Source: Cenarchaeum sp.
Lineage (GTDB): Archaea; Thermoproteota; Nitrososphaeria; Nitrososphaerales; Nitrosopumilaceae
Reading direction: 5' to 3'
DNA: 64,000 nt
NCBI GenBank assembly: GCA_963693095.2
Contig: OY843768.1
Span: forward strand, 704,001 to 768,000
Shown here: piece after piece, positions 21,116 through 30,986 of the stretch
Layout: the number at the start of each line of letters is the position of its first letter
How positions within the stretch are numbered: the first letter of the stretch is position 1
Notes under the pieces: model-generated
Seen by the model: the letters and a program-made list of their open reading frames with translations, nothing else
What the model was told of the DNA's origin: nothing
Databases searched by the model: none
Position numbers and translations under genes: made by a program

Positions 21116-22617
21116 GCGGGCCTGTGGCCGCCTACCGTGCGGCGCGCCACGGCCATTACCCCCTCAAAGTCGTCCTCGCCGGGGCTGTGGCGCGCAAACG
21201 AGACCAGGCCCGTGAGGCCGAGGCACTCGGCTATGCCAGGAACCTCATCGCCGCGCTCGCGAAGGTGCCGCAGTATCTCGGTGTTGGAGGCCTCCCTGTC
21301 AAGTCCGGTCGTGTGCGCGAGGCTCAGGCGAAGCGCCTGGCCGACCATGCCGTATGCGAGCTTGCGCCTGCCATCTGCATGTGCGCGCACGGCCTCCTCC
21401 AGCAGGCGTTCTGCCTCGAGGGCATAGTCCCTCCTCGCCGGCGGGCTCTGTTCGGGGGGTTCGGGCACGATGGCCCGCCGGCGGAGCAGGCGATATGCGG
21501 CGTATGCGGCAACGGCTGCTGCCGCTGACACGGCTGCCAGGAGCGCCCATGGCGTCTCCTCAGACGCCGACTCTCTCTCGAGGCGCACGTCACTCACCGT
21601 CGAGTTTGTGACCAGCGCGGTGATGCGCGCCTCGGGGGCCGTAGAGTTGGATGGTGGGGCAAATGTGACGCTTGCCTCCATGGCGCCCTCCTCCGTGCGC
21701 GTCACGTCTGCGGCATATTCTTCATAGCCCTCGCCTTCGAGCTGCGCGGCGAGCTCCTGGAACCCCGCGTCAGCACGGAGCGCCTCGAGTGCCTCGTCGA
21801 GCTCGGCCTGTGTGCGCGCCTCGATCTGCGTGACCTCGCCGTCCTCGAGCTCGCCATCAATGCTTGCCCACTCCCCCTCGGCGTTCTCGTACATGAACTC
21901 AAATGATCCCGACGACTCGCCAGACGCGCTGGCTGACTGTGATGACATGCTGTACCCCTGTGACGCGAGCTCCTCGTGGAGCTCGGCGAACTCTTCGCTC
22001 TCTAGCGCATCGCGCAGGAGGCCCTCCTGCTCGGCGGCATCCTGGCGTATCTGCTCGCGTATCTCCTCGCGCAGTGCGCTGCTGTCCTGGGCGAGCTGGC
22101 TGTTTTGGAGGCGCTGCTGGGCGTTCTGGCTCTGCGGTGACTGTTGCTGCTGCGGCTGCGTGTCCTGGGCCTCCTGTGATGTCGCGCTAGTCGGGTTTGG
22201 CACGTTCTGCTCCTCGGCATTCTCGGCCACAACGTGGACCGTGAGCGGATCAAGGTCGACGATCTTTGCGCCATCCTCAATATAGCTGAGCAAGAGGTCC
22301 ACGCTCATTGTGGCCGGTGCGGCATGCGCTCCCAGGTCAATGTCAATTGATGACTCGCCGGGCGCTATGCTCACGTTGTTGGAGTTTGATGATGAGAGCT
22401 GCACTCCCCCGCTGTTGCGCTCAAGGACAGACACGATCGTTCCCTGCACGTTGACTGCGTGCGTGTTGTTGACCATGACCTGGAGGCGAACCGGCTCGTT
22501 GACCAAAAAGTAGTACTCGCTCTGCTCGGCAGACAGCGTGATCTCTTGCGCGATGGCCGGCGCGAGTGGCACGGCTGCCAGCATGGCAAGCGCTGAGGCA
22601 ACGGCCACGCGCATCAC
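21112..22617 (-). CDS. Exported, membrane-anchored protein of the MoxR-vWA operon
   Basis: Signal peptide, Q-rich linker, acidic domain, one TM helix and a cytoplasmic tail; overlaps the vWA gene stop. Confidence 0.75.
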   Translation of the reverse strand: MMRVAVASALAMLAAVPLAPAIAQEITLSAEQSEYYFLVNEPVRLQVMVNNTHAVNVQGTIVSVLERNSGGVQLSSSNSNNVSIAPGESSIDIDLGAHAAPATMSVDLLLSYIEDGAKIVDLDPLTVHVVAENAEEQNVPNPTSATSQEAQDTQPQQQQSPQSQNAQQRLQNSQLAQDSSALREEIREQIRQDAAEQEGLLRDALESEEFAELHEELASQGYSMSSQSASASGESSGSFEFMYENAEGEWASIDGELEDGEVTQIEARTQAELDEALEALRADAGFQELAAQLEGEGYEEYAADVTRTEEGAMEASVTFAPPSNSTAPEARITALVTNSTVSDVRLERESASEETPWALLAAVSAAAAVAAYAAYRLLRRRAIVPEPPEQSPPARRDYALEAERLLEEAVRAHADGRRKLAYGMVGQALRLSLAHTTGLDREASNTEILRHLRERGDEVPGIAECLGLTGLVSFARHSPGEDDFEGVMAVARRTVGGHRPA

Positions 22618-23561
22618 TGTATTATCCGCCCCCTACCATACCTCATGTACAGCTGTGCCGCAAAGGCGGCAAGTGCGGCCGCAAAGAACCATTCACGTAT
22701 GTCCGTCTCCTGCTCCTCGCGCTCGATAACGTCGCCTATTCCGCGGTAAATGTCATCTAGCGTCTCGGCATTGACGGACTTGAAGTATTCGCCGCCCGTC
22801 TGCGTCGCTATTGCGCGAAGCGTCGCCTCGTCGAGCTCGGCATACTGGGGGCGCCCAAAGGCGTCATACCCGAGCACAACGCGGCTCTCTGAGCCCATGC
22901 CGACCGTGTGGACCTGTATGCCGCTAGATGACGCAAACGCGATGGCCTCAGCCGGCGTGATGACACCCGAGTTGCTCACGCCGTCACTTAGGAGTATGAC
23001 GACCTTTTTCTTGTTGGGGACCGATGTCGCCATGTCGATTCCAAGGCTCAGCCCGTCACCTATGGCGGTCCGGCCCTCCGAGACGCGTATGGCCCCAAGC
23101 TTTGTCGAGACGCGATCCTTGTAGGGGCTCAAATATGCCGCAGTCGTGGCACCGCTCTCAAATGTCACAATCCCGACATTGTCGTTCTCCTCAAGGGACT
23201 CGACTAGCGTGCTGGCTGCGCGCTTGGCGGCCTCTAGGCGGTTGGGCGGATAGTCAGTGGCCGCCATGCTGCCCGATATGTCGATGACGAGGACCACGTT
23301 GACGCCCTCCTCGGCCTGCTCGAGCGGTATGTGCGGGCCGGCAAACCCAACTATCATCAGCGCGATGGCCGCCGTCGAGACGTAAAACAGTGCGGCATCG
23401 CGAGTGCGCCTGCCCGTCTTTATGGCGGACTTTAGGTATGATATCCTGCTAAACTGGATTGCGGCGCGCCGGCGGCGCGAGAGGACCATGCTATACATTG
23501 CATAGAGGGCCGGCACGCACGCCAGGAACAGGAGAATGTACGGGCTGTCAAATCCGGCCAT
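22614..23561 (-). CDS. vWA domain membrane protein (BatA-like)
   Basis: MIDAS DISGSM, NRLEAAK, TAIGDGL, ILLSDG, TGGEYF motifs; N- and C-terminal TM helices. Confidence 0.92.
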   Translation of the reverse strand: MAGFDSPYILLFLACVPALYAMYSMVLSRRRRAAIQFSRISYLKSAIKTGRRTRDAALFYVSTAAIALMIVGFAGPHIPLEQAEEGVNVVLVIDISGSMAATDYPPNRLEAAKRAASTLVESLEENDNVGIVTFESGATTAAYLSPYKDRVSTKLGAIRVSEGRTAIGDGLSLGIDMATSVPNKKKVVILLSDGVSNSGVITPAEAIAFASSSGIQVHTVGMGSESRVVLGYDAFGRPQYAELDEATLRAIATQTGGEYFKSVNAETLDDIYRGIGDVIEREEQETDIREWFFAAALAAFAAQLYMRYGRGRIIQ

Positions 23562-23563
23562 CG

Positions 23564-24445
23564 CTAGTGCCTCCGCCTCCGTCTCGTCTGAAAAAAGCGC
23601 AAGAGGCGCGCGGCATACTCGCCGTCGGTGCCAATGTCGATGCGATCCACGCGGCACCGTGCCATCGTCGCCGCAAGTGCCGCATCCCCGCGCTCCACGA
23701 GTCTTGCATACTCGGCGCGAAACTCCTCATCAGACGTGTTGACGAGGACCTGCTCGCCAGTCTCGCTGTCCTCGAGCTCTATGAGGCCAACGTCAGGCAT
23801 GTTGCGCTCGCGCTCGTCTGTCACGCGGACAACTGCAATGTCATGCCTTCGCGCAAGGTGCCGCAGCGGCTTTGCATAGTCGCCGTCATCCATCATGTCA
23901 GATACGACAATGATGACGCTGCGCCTCTTTACTATTCCAGCCATGGACTCGATGCACGCGCGCAGGTCAGTCGCGCGCGAGGCGGCCTCGTGCGAGACCA
24001 TCTTTAGGAGGGCCTGCATGACGTGGCGCCTCCCGCGCCTTGCGGGCACAAACATCTCGATATGGTCGCTCACGAGAAACATCCCCGCCCTGTCATTGGA
24101 CTGCTGTGCGGCAAACATTAGCGCGGCGGCCACCTCTACTGCCCTGTCACGCTTGGCGAGACTGCCCCCAAACGAGCCAGATGCTGACACGTCGACTACG
24201 ACATAGACCTGCAGGTCACGCTCCTCAATGTACTCTTTTACGTACGGCCTGTTAAAGCGCGCAGTGACATTCCAGTCTATCGTCCGCACGTCATCGCCAT
24301 GGCGATACTCGCGTATCTCGCTAAACGCGATGCCGCGCCCGCGAAAGACCGAGTCATGCCCCCCTGACACAAGGCCCTCGACGAGCTGCCTCGTCGTTAT
24401 CTCAAGGCCCCTAACGCGCCTCAGGGCGGTGACTGTCTGTGGCAT
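23564..24445 (-). CDS. DUF58 domain protein
   Basis: FSEIREYRHGDDVRTIDWNVTAR, VKEYIEER, VDVSAS motifs. Confidence 0.93.
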   Translation of the reverse strand: MPQTVTALRRVRGLEITTRQLVEGLVSGGHDSVFRGRGIAFSEIREYRHGDDVRTIDWNVTARFNRPYVKEYIEERDLQVYVVVDVSASGSFGGSLAKRDRAVEVAAALMFAAQQSNDRAGMFLVSDHIEMFVPARRGRRHVMQALLKMVSHEAASRATDLRACIESMAGIVKRRSVIIVVSDMMDDGDYAKPLRHLARRHDIAVVRVTDERERNMPDVGLIELEDSETGEQVLVNTSDEEFRAEYARLVERGDAALAATMARCRVDRIDIGTDGEYAARLLRFFQTRRRRRH

Positions 24446-24477
24446 CTTTGCATCACCGCGGCGATGTCCGGCCCATC

Positions 24478-25479
24478 CTAGGGCACCCTTACGCCGTCAA
24501 GTATGTTTGTTATCACGCCATCATTCGTGTCGCCGTCGGCCTCGGCCTCGTAAGTCAAGAGTATCCTGTGGCGCAGGACGTCAGGCGCTATGCGGCGCAC
24601 GTCCTCGGGCATGACATAGCCGCGCGAGTCCATCATCGCCACGGCCTTGGCACCGAGCATGAGCCAGATCGACGCGCGCGGCGAGGCGCCATACTCGGTG
24701 CGCACCGACGCAGGATCCAGCCCGTGCGCCACGGGGTTTCGCGTGGCATCGACAATGTCGGCGACATACCCGCGCACGGACTCATCAGCATACACGCCAG
24801 GGACGAACTCTTGCATGCGAACCATCGAGTCCGTGTCGATGACGCCAGATGCCACGCGCGGCTCGCCCTCTGTAAACCTGCGGATGATCTCGGATTCCTC
24901 ATTGCGCGAGGGATACGTCATCACGAGCTTTACCATAAACCTGTCGACCTGGGCCTCTGGCAGGCGGTACGTTCCCTCGGACTCGATGGGGTTCTGCGTG
25001 GCCATGACAAAGAACGGCTTTTTGAGCTCATGCGTCTCGCCCTGGATGCTGACCTGGCCCTCCTGCATGGCCTCAAGAAGCGCGGACTGGACCTTTGGCG
25101 GGGCGCGGTTTATCTCGTCGGCGAGCACAAAGTTTGAAAAGACCGGCCCCTTTACGGTCTTGAACTCGGATGTTGCGTGCTCGTATATCTTTGTGCCAGT
25201 AATGTCAGCCGGCAGGAGATCCGGCGTGAACTGGATCCTCACAAAGTCTGACTGGACACAGTCTGCCATTGTCTTTACGAGAAGCGTCTTTGCGAGTCCG
25301 GGCATGCCCTCAAGGAGCGCATGGCCGCGCGCGATTGCGGCGATTACGAGCTTGTCAATAATGTCGTCCTGCCCGACGATGACTGTGCGTATCTCCTTTC
25401 GCAGTGTGTCGGCAGTCTCGGCGAGGCCTGCTGCCTGCTCTGTCAGTGCCGCAACCCTCTCGTCCACCGCACTCATCAC
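24478..25479 (-). CDS. MoxR family AAA+ ATPase
   Basis: LLEGMPGLAKT, RIQFTPDLLPADITG, LADEINRAPPKVQSALLEAM, ATQNPIE motifs. Confidence 0.96.
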   Translation of the reverse strand: MMSAVDERVAALTEQAAGLAETADTLRKEIRTVIVGQDDIIDKLVIAAIARGHALLEGMPGLAKTLLVKTMADCVQSDFVRIQFTPDLLPADITGTKIYEHATSEFKTVKGPVFSNFVLADEINRAPPKVQSALLEAMQEGQVSIQGETHELKKPFFVMATQNPIESEGTYRLPEAQVDRFMVKLVMTYPSRNEESEIIRRFTEGEPRVASGVIDTDSMVRMQEFVPGVYADESVRGYVADIVDATRNPVAHGLDPASVRTEYGASPRASIWLMLGAKAVAMMDSRGYVMPEDVRRIAPDVLRHRILLTYEAEADGDTNDGVITNILDGVRVP

Positions 25480-25991
25480 CCCGAGACAGGGGGCGCGCCC
25501 CTTGAGTCCTGCGCGTGCTCCCTAAAGCACTCCATGGCAGCGTCTGCGTCGATCGAGCCCAGGCCATTGAGGCCCGAGACGCCATCAAGGCAAGCCCTTA
25601 GCTCCAGGTCAGCCGATGCCAGGTCCCAGCCGAGATCGCTCCCGAGCGGCACGAGCGCAGACAGCGTGACTATTGCCAGTATGACAGACTTGATTACGGT
25701 GAGCATGATTCCGATATACAGGCAGTCCCTGGCCATTCGTGGCGAGTCAAGGCGCAGCGCATAGTAGGCTAGCGCGCCGCCGATGATGTCAAAAAAGACG
25801 GGGAGCGCAAACCAGACCCACGAGCGGCGCCGTGGCTCCGTGGCCGCAAGCCCAAACCTGCGCGCAAACGGGGGGATGACCGGATTCTGCGGCGGCACCG
25901 TGTCGCCCCCTGTGGGCGGTGCTTCGCCGTCGATGCCCGAGGCCCAGTCCGAGCCATGCTGGTCTTTGGTGGCCATGCGCAAATCTGCCAC
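25476..25991 (-). CDS. Membrane protein of the RSxWWxLLP..GGxxAY...D.P..A family (long paralog)
   Basis: RRRSWVWFALPVFFDIIGGALAYYALRLDSPRMARDCLYIG, similar to 26052 and 30697. Confidence 0.7.
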   Translation of the reverse strand: MADLRMATKDQHGSDWASGIDGEAPPTGGDTVPPQNPVIPPFARRFGLAATEPRRRSWVWFALPVFFDIIGGALAYYALRLDSPRMARDCLYIGIMLTVIKSVILAIVTLSALVPLGSDLGWDLASADLELRACLDGVSGLNGLGSIDADAAMECFREHAQDSRGAPPVSG

Positions 25992-26051
25992 CGGCGTTCC
26001 TAATATACCTATTTTCGGCCGTGCGGACGGGCAACAGATGCGGCAGAGCCG

Positions 26052-26246
26052 TCACGGGAGGGTTGCCAATGGCCAGATCACCCACATCACAACGGTGAGC
26101 ACCAGTCCCAGGACTATCGAGTTTTTCGCCTTTGGCGGATCGTCGCGCCACAGGGAAAAGTAGGCGATCACGCCACCGAACACCCCGAGCAGGACTGGGA
26201 GGAAGTACCACCACACAGAACAATGTGTGGAAAGGCCGCGGCTCAT
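26052..26246 (-). CDS. Small two-TM membrane protein (64 aa), paralog 2
   Basis: WWYFLPVLLGVFGGVIAYFSLWRDDPPKAKNSIVLG; same length as 30697-30891. Confidence 0.7.
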   Translation of the reverse strand: MSRGLSTHCSVWWYFLPVLLGVFGGVIAYFSLWRDDPPKAKNSIVLGLVLTVVMWVIWPLATLP

Positions 26247-26443
26247 GCCAAAGCATCTTGACGCATGAGTGCCACAGTTGTTAATGTGCCTGACGGGGCG
26301 GCCGGCTAGGTGGAGGCTGAGGATTCTGCCGTTCTGCTTGCCCCGGTGCCGCCTGCCTGAGCATGAGCGAGCAGGGACGCTGGTCTCACACAGCCAGTGG
26401 CCACGACACATTTTAAAAGAGCACCCATCTTGCGTGGCGCATC

Positions 26444-27001
26444 ATGCAAAAGCCCAAAGTGTTGACAGATGACAGTCAGATTCCAGCTGATGCCATGGGC
26501 GTTGTGGGCTATGGCTTGCCAAGCAGGGAGGCAAGACGCGAGAGGCGCATTATCATGCTTGACCAGTTTATTGCATTCCTGGACGACAACTCCCTCCTGC
26601 ACAAGTCAGAGATTGGCCTTGATGCCACAGGGTTTGAAACGCGTGATCGTCTCCAGCACCTGGCCTTTCTGGCCCAAAATATCTTTGGACTAGAGTTTGG
26701 GTATGGTTTTCCCCAATACATGCATGGCCCATACGACGTCCACCTTGCTATGGACTATTTCCACTTGGCCACCAACAAGAACGACAAAACGAATGATGGA
26801 CTGAGGTTTAGCCGTAAAGACGAATTTTTAAATTTAGTTCAAAACAGAGACATGTCATGGCTTCGACTCGCCGTCTCTATGATTCGCATATACCCTACAG
26901 GTCCCCAACCCCTAATAGACGTGACTGAGGCTGTCACTGAATTCCCGCGTGATAAGATTGAGAGTGTATACGGAGACATCCGTAATTATCTGGAGCCATA
27001 G
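26444..27001 (+). CDS. YwgA/SocA-like (DUF4065-type) wHTH putative antitoxin
   Basis: R.RLQHLAFLAQ...GYGF..Y.HGPY..L..D matches the LQKLxY...YxFxxxxxGPYS pattern; lower GC than core genes; start uncertain. Confidence 0.6.
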   Translation: MQKPKVLTDDSQIPADAMGVVGYGLPSREARRERRIIMLDQFIAFLDDNSLLHKSEIGLDATGFETRDRLQHLAFLAQNIFGLEFGYGFPQYMHGPYDVHLAMDYFHLATNKNDKTNDGLRFSRKDEFLNLVQNRDMSWLRLAVSMIRIYPTGPQPLIDVTEAVTEFPRDKIESVYGDIRNYLEP

Positions 27002-27046
27002 TGGGGGACTTGATCGGCAATGTCTCCGCAAACCCTGCTTAACCTA

Positions 27047-28151
27047 TACTCACGAGCTAAAGTTCGTATAGATGATCAAGTTTCCCCGACCCCGCAGCTA
27101 TATTGATCGCCCCCTCCCGCGCCAGGGCATGGACGACCGGAAGCGGGAGGAGCTGAGGGACGCGCACCACAGCGAGAAGAGCGGGCACGTGAGGGACAGG
27201 ATGCTCGCCGTGCACTGCGTGGTCAACATGGGCATGACGCACGAGGACACGGCGGACACGCTGATGCGGTGCCCGGGGTGGGTCGGCAAGTGGGTTGCGC
27301 GGTACCGGGAGGGCGGGCTTCCCGCCCTCCGCGACCTCCCGCGCTCCGGGAGGCCGCTGGCCGTGCCGCGAACGGCGCTCGACGGGATCCTCGCCGACGC
27401 GTCGGGATCCCCCACGACCCCGGCCGCGGTTCGCGACAGGATCGCCGGGGCGGCGGGGACACTGTTCCACATAGCCAGCGTGAGGAGGCTCATGCGCGAG
27501 TTCGGCCTCTCGCGCAAGAGGCCGCGAAAGGCCCACGTCAACAGGGCGAGCGCGTCCGCCGTCCGCAGCTGGCAGCGGCGCCTTGCGGGGGCGGCGCCAC
27601 GCCTGGCGCGCGCGGGATACACGATGCTGGTGCAGGACGAGTCGATCATCGTGAACGACGCCGGGGGCATGGCGACGCACTGGACGCCGCGCACGGTGCC
27701 CGTCTACGAGCCGTACACCGGGAGCCACGAGCGGATCGTCGTGTACGGGGCGATCGCCGAGGACGGGCGGCAGGCGTTCCGGACGCGCGACAAGTTCAAC
27801 GCGGACACGTTCGCGCAGTACCTTGCGGAGCTGCACGGGAAGTTCGGCAAGATCGCCGTCATCGTCGACAGGGCTCCCCAGCACCGCGCGGGGGCGGTCA
27901 AGGACCTGCTGCGCGCCAACGGCGAGATCAAGCTCATCGAGCTGCCGGTGGGATCCCCGCAGCTAAGCGCCATCGAGGGGACGTGGCGCATACTCAAGAG
28001 GGACGTCAGGGTCCCGGGGCAACCACGAACCCTGGACGAGCTGAGGATCGCGGTCGGCGAGTACCTCAGGACCAAGCGGTTCAACCTGAACATCTACGCA
28101 TACCTGAACAGGAAGGTCGTGGAAGGTCACACGAACTTTAGCTCGTGAGTA
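27047..28151 (+). mobile_element. IS630-family element, copy 1 (1105 bp)
   Basis: Perfect 21-bp terminal IR TACTCACGAGCTAAAGTTCGT; TA duplication at 27045-27046 and 28152-28153. Confidence 0.96.
27072..28148 (+). CDS. IS630-family transposase
   Basis: HTH with WVARY..GG...PRSGRP; DDE triad in QDES, IVDRAPQH and SPQLSAIEGTW. Confidence 0.95.
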   Translation: MIKFPRPRSYIDRPLPRQGMDDRKREELRDAHHSEKSGHVRDRMLAVHCVVNMGMTHEDTADTLMRCPGWVGKWVARYREGGLPALRDLPRSGRPLAVPRTALDGILADASGSPTTPAAVRDRIAGAAGTLFHIASVRRLMREFGLSRKRPRKAHVNRASASAVRSWQRRLAGAAPRLARAGYTMLVQDESIIVNDAGGMATHWTPRTVPVYEPYTGSHERIVVYGAIAEDGRQAFRTRDKFNADTFAQYLAELHGKFGKIAVIVDRAPQHRAGAVKDLLRANGEIKLIELPVGSPQLSAIEGTWRILKRDVRVPGQPRTLDELRIAVGEYLRTKRFNLNIYAYLNRKVVEGHTNFSS

Positions 28152-28183
28152 TATCTTTTTGGATCGTGCCAGGCTCGTTCACC

Positions 28184-28714
28184 ATGATAGACTGGGTAAC
28201 CATTTTCTCACTAGTAGTTGGGGTTGGGGTGATGCTCATTGGGATCATGATTGGGCATGACAGAGCCATGTCTCACAAAGAGTCCAAGAAACACATGGTC
28301 AATGCATTGGCAAAACTCCTGAACATGGTGCAAAAGATGGACATGGTGAAGCCGGAGCATTTTATAAAACACTGTGATCTCTGCGCCAAGTCACTTCGTG
28401 ACACACGATACACTTTTGCGTCCTATCTTCATGTGTACAATAATGACATGCACAACATACAATACCTAATAGACTACCAAAACATCCGTGAAGACGATGA
28501 TTCTGATCTCATGACATCACCTGAAATTACGAGATTTGTCCGCATAGTCTATGCTGAACTGAAACATGTGACTGAACGGCTACAAGATGATGCTAACCGA
28601 CCGGCAGACAAGGTTGATAAAATGTGCATGGCTTTGTCCAGTTTTAGACTGTGTGTGTCCAGCGCACTTGTCCGACTAGGAGTTCGTGCGCTCATGTTCG
28701 TGCGCAGGCGATAG
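28184..28714 (+). CDS. Hypothetical protein with N-terminal TM anchor
   Basis: MIDWVTIFSLVVGVGVMLIGIMIG anchor; low GC. Confidence 0.6.
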   Translation: MIDWVTIFSLVVGVGVMLIGIMIGHDRAMSHKESKKHMVNALAKLLNMVQKMDMVKPEHFIKHCDLCAKSLRDTRYTFASYLHVYNNDMHNIQYLIDYQNIREDDDSDLMTSPEITRFVRIVYAELKHVTERLQDDANRPADKVDKMCMALSSFRLCVSSALVRLGVRALMFVRRR

Positions 28715-28913
28715 CGCACTGCATTGACCATCATTTCTTTGCGAGCCGTGTTCTGCGAATCGGTGCACGTCGACACGCGCACACGTGTTAGAGTACGCAG
28801 TGCATTTACATGCTTTGAATTCTTTTGTTGTCACATGATTGCGTGCTGCTTGACATGGCGTTCTACTATGGGTGATTTTGGTGCGGCGTTTTGTCCTAGA
28901 CTGTTACTCTGGG

Positions 28914-30449
28914 CTATGTTGCTGTATCATGTGCTGATGTTTTTATCTTTGCGTCTGCAAATGCCTTTTCTGCCTCGTCATTTTTACCCAGCTTCTTCAA
29001 CGCGTGTCCTCTGCCAATATACGCATCGGCGTTATTATGATCTAGCGTAATGGCTTGATTAAATTCCTCGAGTGCCCTTGCGTGTTCGTTGAGGTTGTAG
29101 AGCGTATAGCCTAGCGCAAAATGGGCATTTGTGTCCTCTGGTTCAATCTTGGCGGCGCGCTCAAAGGCCTCGAGCGCCTCGGCGTGCCTCCCAAGCTCGT
29201 TCAATACGGCGCCAATATTGTTGTGCGTGGCGACATCATCAGAATCAATCTTGGCGGCGCGCTCAAAGGCCTCGAGCGCCTCGGCGTGCTTCTTTAGACC
29301 AAAAAGCGCAACTCCGATGTTCTTGATCGATCCTGCTTCATTGGGGTCTAGCGCTGCTGCACGCTCGGATGACTCTAACGCCTCGGCATGCCTGTTGAGC
29401 CCTAGCATGGCAACCCCCATGCTCTTGTGCGCGGTAGACTCGTTTGGATCCAGCATGATTGCGTGCTTTAGCTCCTCGATGGCCTCGGCATTCCGGCCAC
29501 AGTGGATCAACGATGTCCCCCTGCCAACCCTGGACATCACGGAATTTGGCCTAATCTCTATGGCTCGATCAAAGGCCGCAATGGCCTCTTTGTGCTTGCC
29601 CAGTATCCGCAATGCATGTCCCTTGTTGTTGTGTGCGGCAAAATCTCCGGGATCGGCCTCTATGACCCGATCAAAGTCCTCGACTGCCTCTTTGTGTTGC
29701 TGCATCTGGAGCAGGGCAAAGCCTCTGCCAAAGTACGCGTACCGGCTCGGGGAGATTGCTATGACCCGCTCATAGGCGCTCAACGATTCCTTGTGGCGCC
29801 CTAGCTCGCGAAATATCAGCCCTCTGTGCAGGTGCATTACCGCGTTTTCTGGTTCTAGGCTGACGGCATGGTCACACGCGTCAAGTGCATCTATGCGATT
29901 TCCCAGATTGTACAAAAGGTGTGCCATGTCCTGATATGGCAGTGCACTGTTGGGATCAAGCGCGATTGTACGCTTAAACTCCTCCAGAGCATCTCTGTAT
30001 CTTCCAAGTCCACGAAATGCCCTTCCGATGTTGAGATGAATCTGGGGATCATTGAGTGCTAGCATGTCTGCACGTTTTAATGCCACTAGCGCCTCGTCGT
30101 ACCTGCCAAGCCTCACTAGCGTCATGCCATTGTAGCTGTGCGCCATGACGTCCTTTGGATCGTGTGCAATTGCCTGCCTGACCGCCGCTAGAGCCTCCAT
30201 ATGACGTCCAAGGGCATACAGTATCATGCCCTTTTGTGTGTAAATTCCGGGACACAGGAGATCCATGCGACGTGCTTGCTCTATGAAATCGAGAGCCTCG
30301 ACATGGCGTCCCTGCTTTGCTAGCGCGATGGCCTTGCCCATGTGCTTTTCGGCGTTATCAGGCTGTCTATCGACTGCGTCCTTATACTCTATTATGCTCA
30401 TCTCTGGCTCCGCCGTGCCACTCATGGCATGTGCCTGCTCCTGCGCCAT
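28914..30449 (-). CDS. Tetratricopeptide repeat protein
   Basis: About 14 consecutive 34-aa repeats (G..L..LGRH.EAL..F..A..LDP). Confidence 0.95.
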   Translation of the reverse strand: MAQEQAHAMSGTAEPEMSIIEYKDAVDRQPDNAEKHMGKAIALAKQGRHVEALDFIEQARRMDLLCPGIYTQKGMILYALGRHMEALAAVRQAIAHDPKDVMAHSYNGMTLVRLGRYDEALVALKRADMLALNDPQIHLNIGRAFRGLGRYRDALEEFKRTIALDPNSALPYQDMAHLLYNLGNRIDALDACDHAVSLEPENAVMHLHRGLIFRELGRHKESLSAYERVIAISPSRYAYFGRGFALLQMQQHKEAVEDFDRVIEADPGDFAAHNNKGHALRILGKHKEAIAAFDRAIEIRPNSVMSRVGRGTSLIHCGRNAEAIEELKHAIMLDPNESTAHKSMGVAMLGLNRHAEALESSERAAALDPNEAGSIKNIGVALFGLKKHAEALEAFERAAKIDSDDVATHNNIGAVLNELGRHAEALEAFERAAKIEPEDTNAHFALGYTLYNLNEHARALEEFNQAITLDHNNADAYIGRGHALKKLGKNDEAEKAFADAKIKTSAHDTAT

Positions 30450-30696
30450 GACTCACGTGCGCCACGGTACCATATAACAGTTATTCGCCATGTGCAGCAG
30501 TTGCTCACGTGCCTGACAGAACGGCTAGCCAGCGGAATGACCATCAGGATCGCGCACACTAGTCGTTCAGCGCCATTCTGACCGTGAGCGCCACCGGAGT
30601 CTGCCTGCTTTTCATTGGCCTGTTTGCGCTTCAGACGACGCTGAACAGATGGCCAACTGCCAAACCATGCGAACTGGCCACAGAGACGGCCGGCAG

Positions 30697-30891
30697 TCAC
30701 CAGAGCAGAAGCACAAACTGCCCGATCATCCACACAGCAGTCAGCACCGATCCCAGTATAATCGAGTTTTTCGCCTTTGTCGGATCGTCTCGCCGCAGGG
30801 CAAAGTACGCGATCACGCCGCCAATTATCATGAACAGAATGGGGAGGAGGTACCACCATGCGGAACGGCGGTTCGGGGGCGCGTTGCTCAT
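30697..30891 (-). CDS. Small two-TM membrane protein (64 aa), paralog 3
   Basis: RRSAWWYLLPILFMIIGGVIAYFALRRDDPTKAKNSIILG. Confidence 0.75.
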   Translation of the reverse strand: MSNAPPNRRSAWWYLLPILFMIIGGVIAYFALRRDDPTKAKNSIILGSVLTAVWMIGQFVLLLW

Positions 30892-30986
30892 GCCGGAACG
30901 GCCGGCTTGACGCTACATATACCCATACGTTTGCCGTGTGTGGATGCCAGCCAACACTTAAATCATAAAAGTCGCGCCTCGCACGC

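Noticed and set aside
27057-28141. Long overlapping ORFs in IS630 (275 aa antisense, 290 aa alternative frame; same in copy 2)
   Set aside because: Expected shadow ORFs from extreme GC3 bias; no recognisable motifs.
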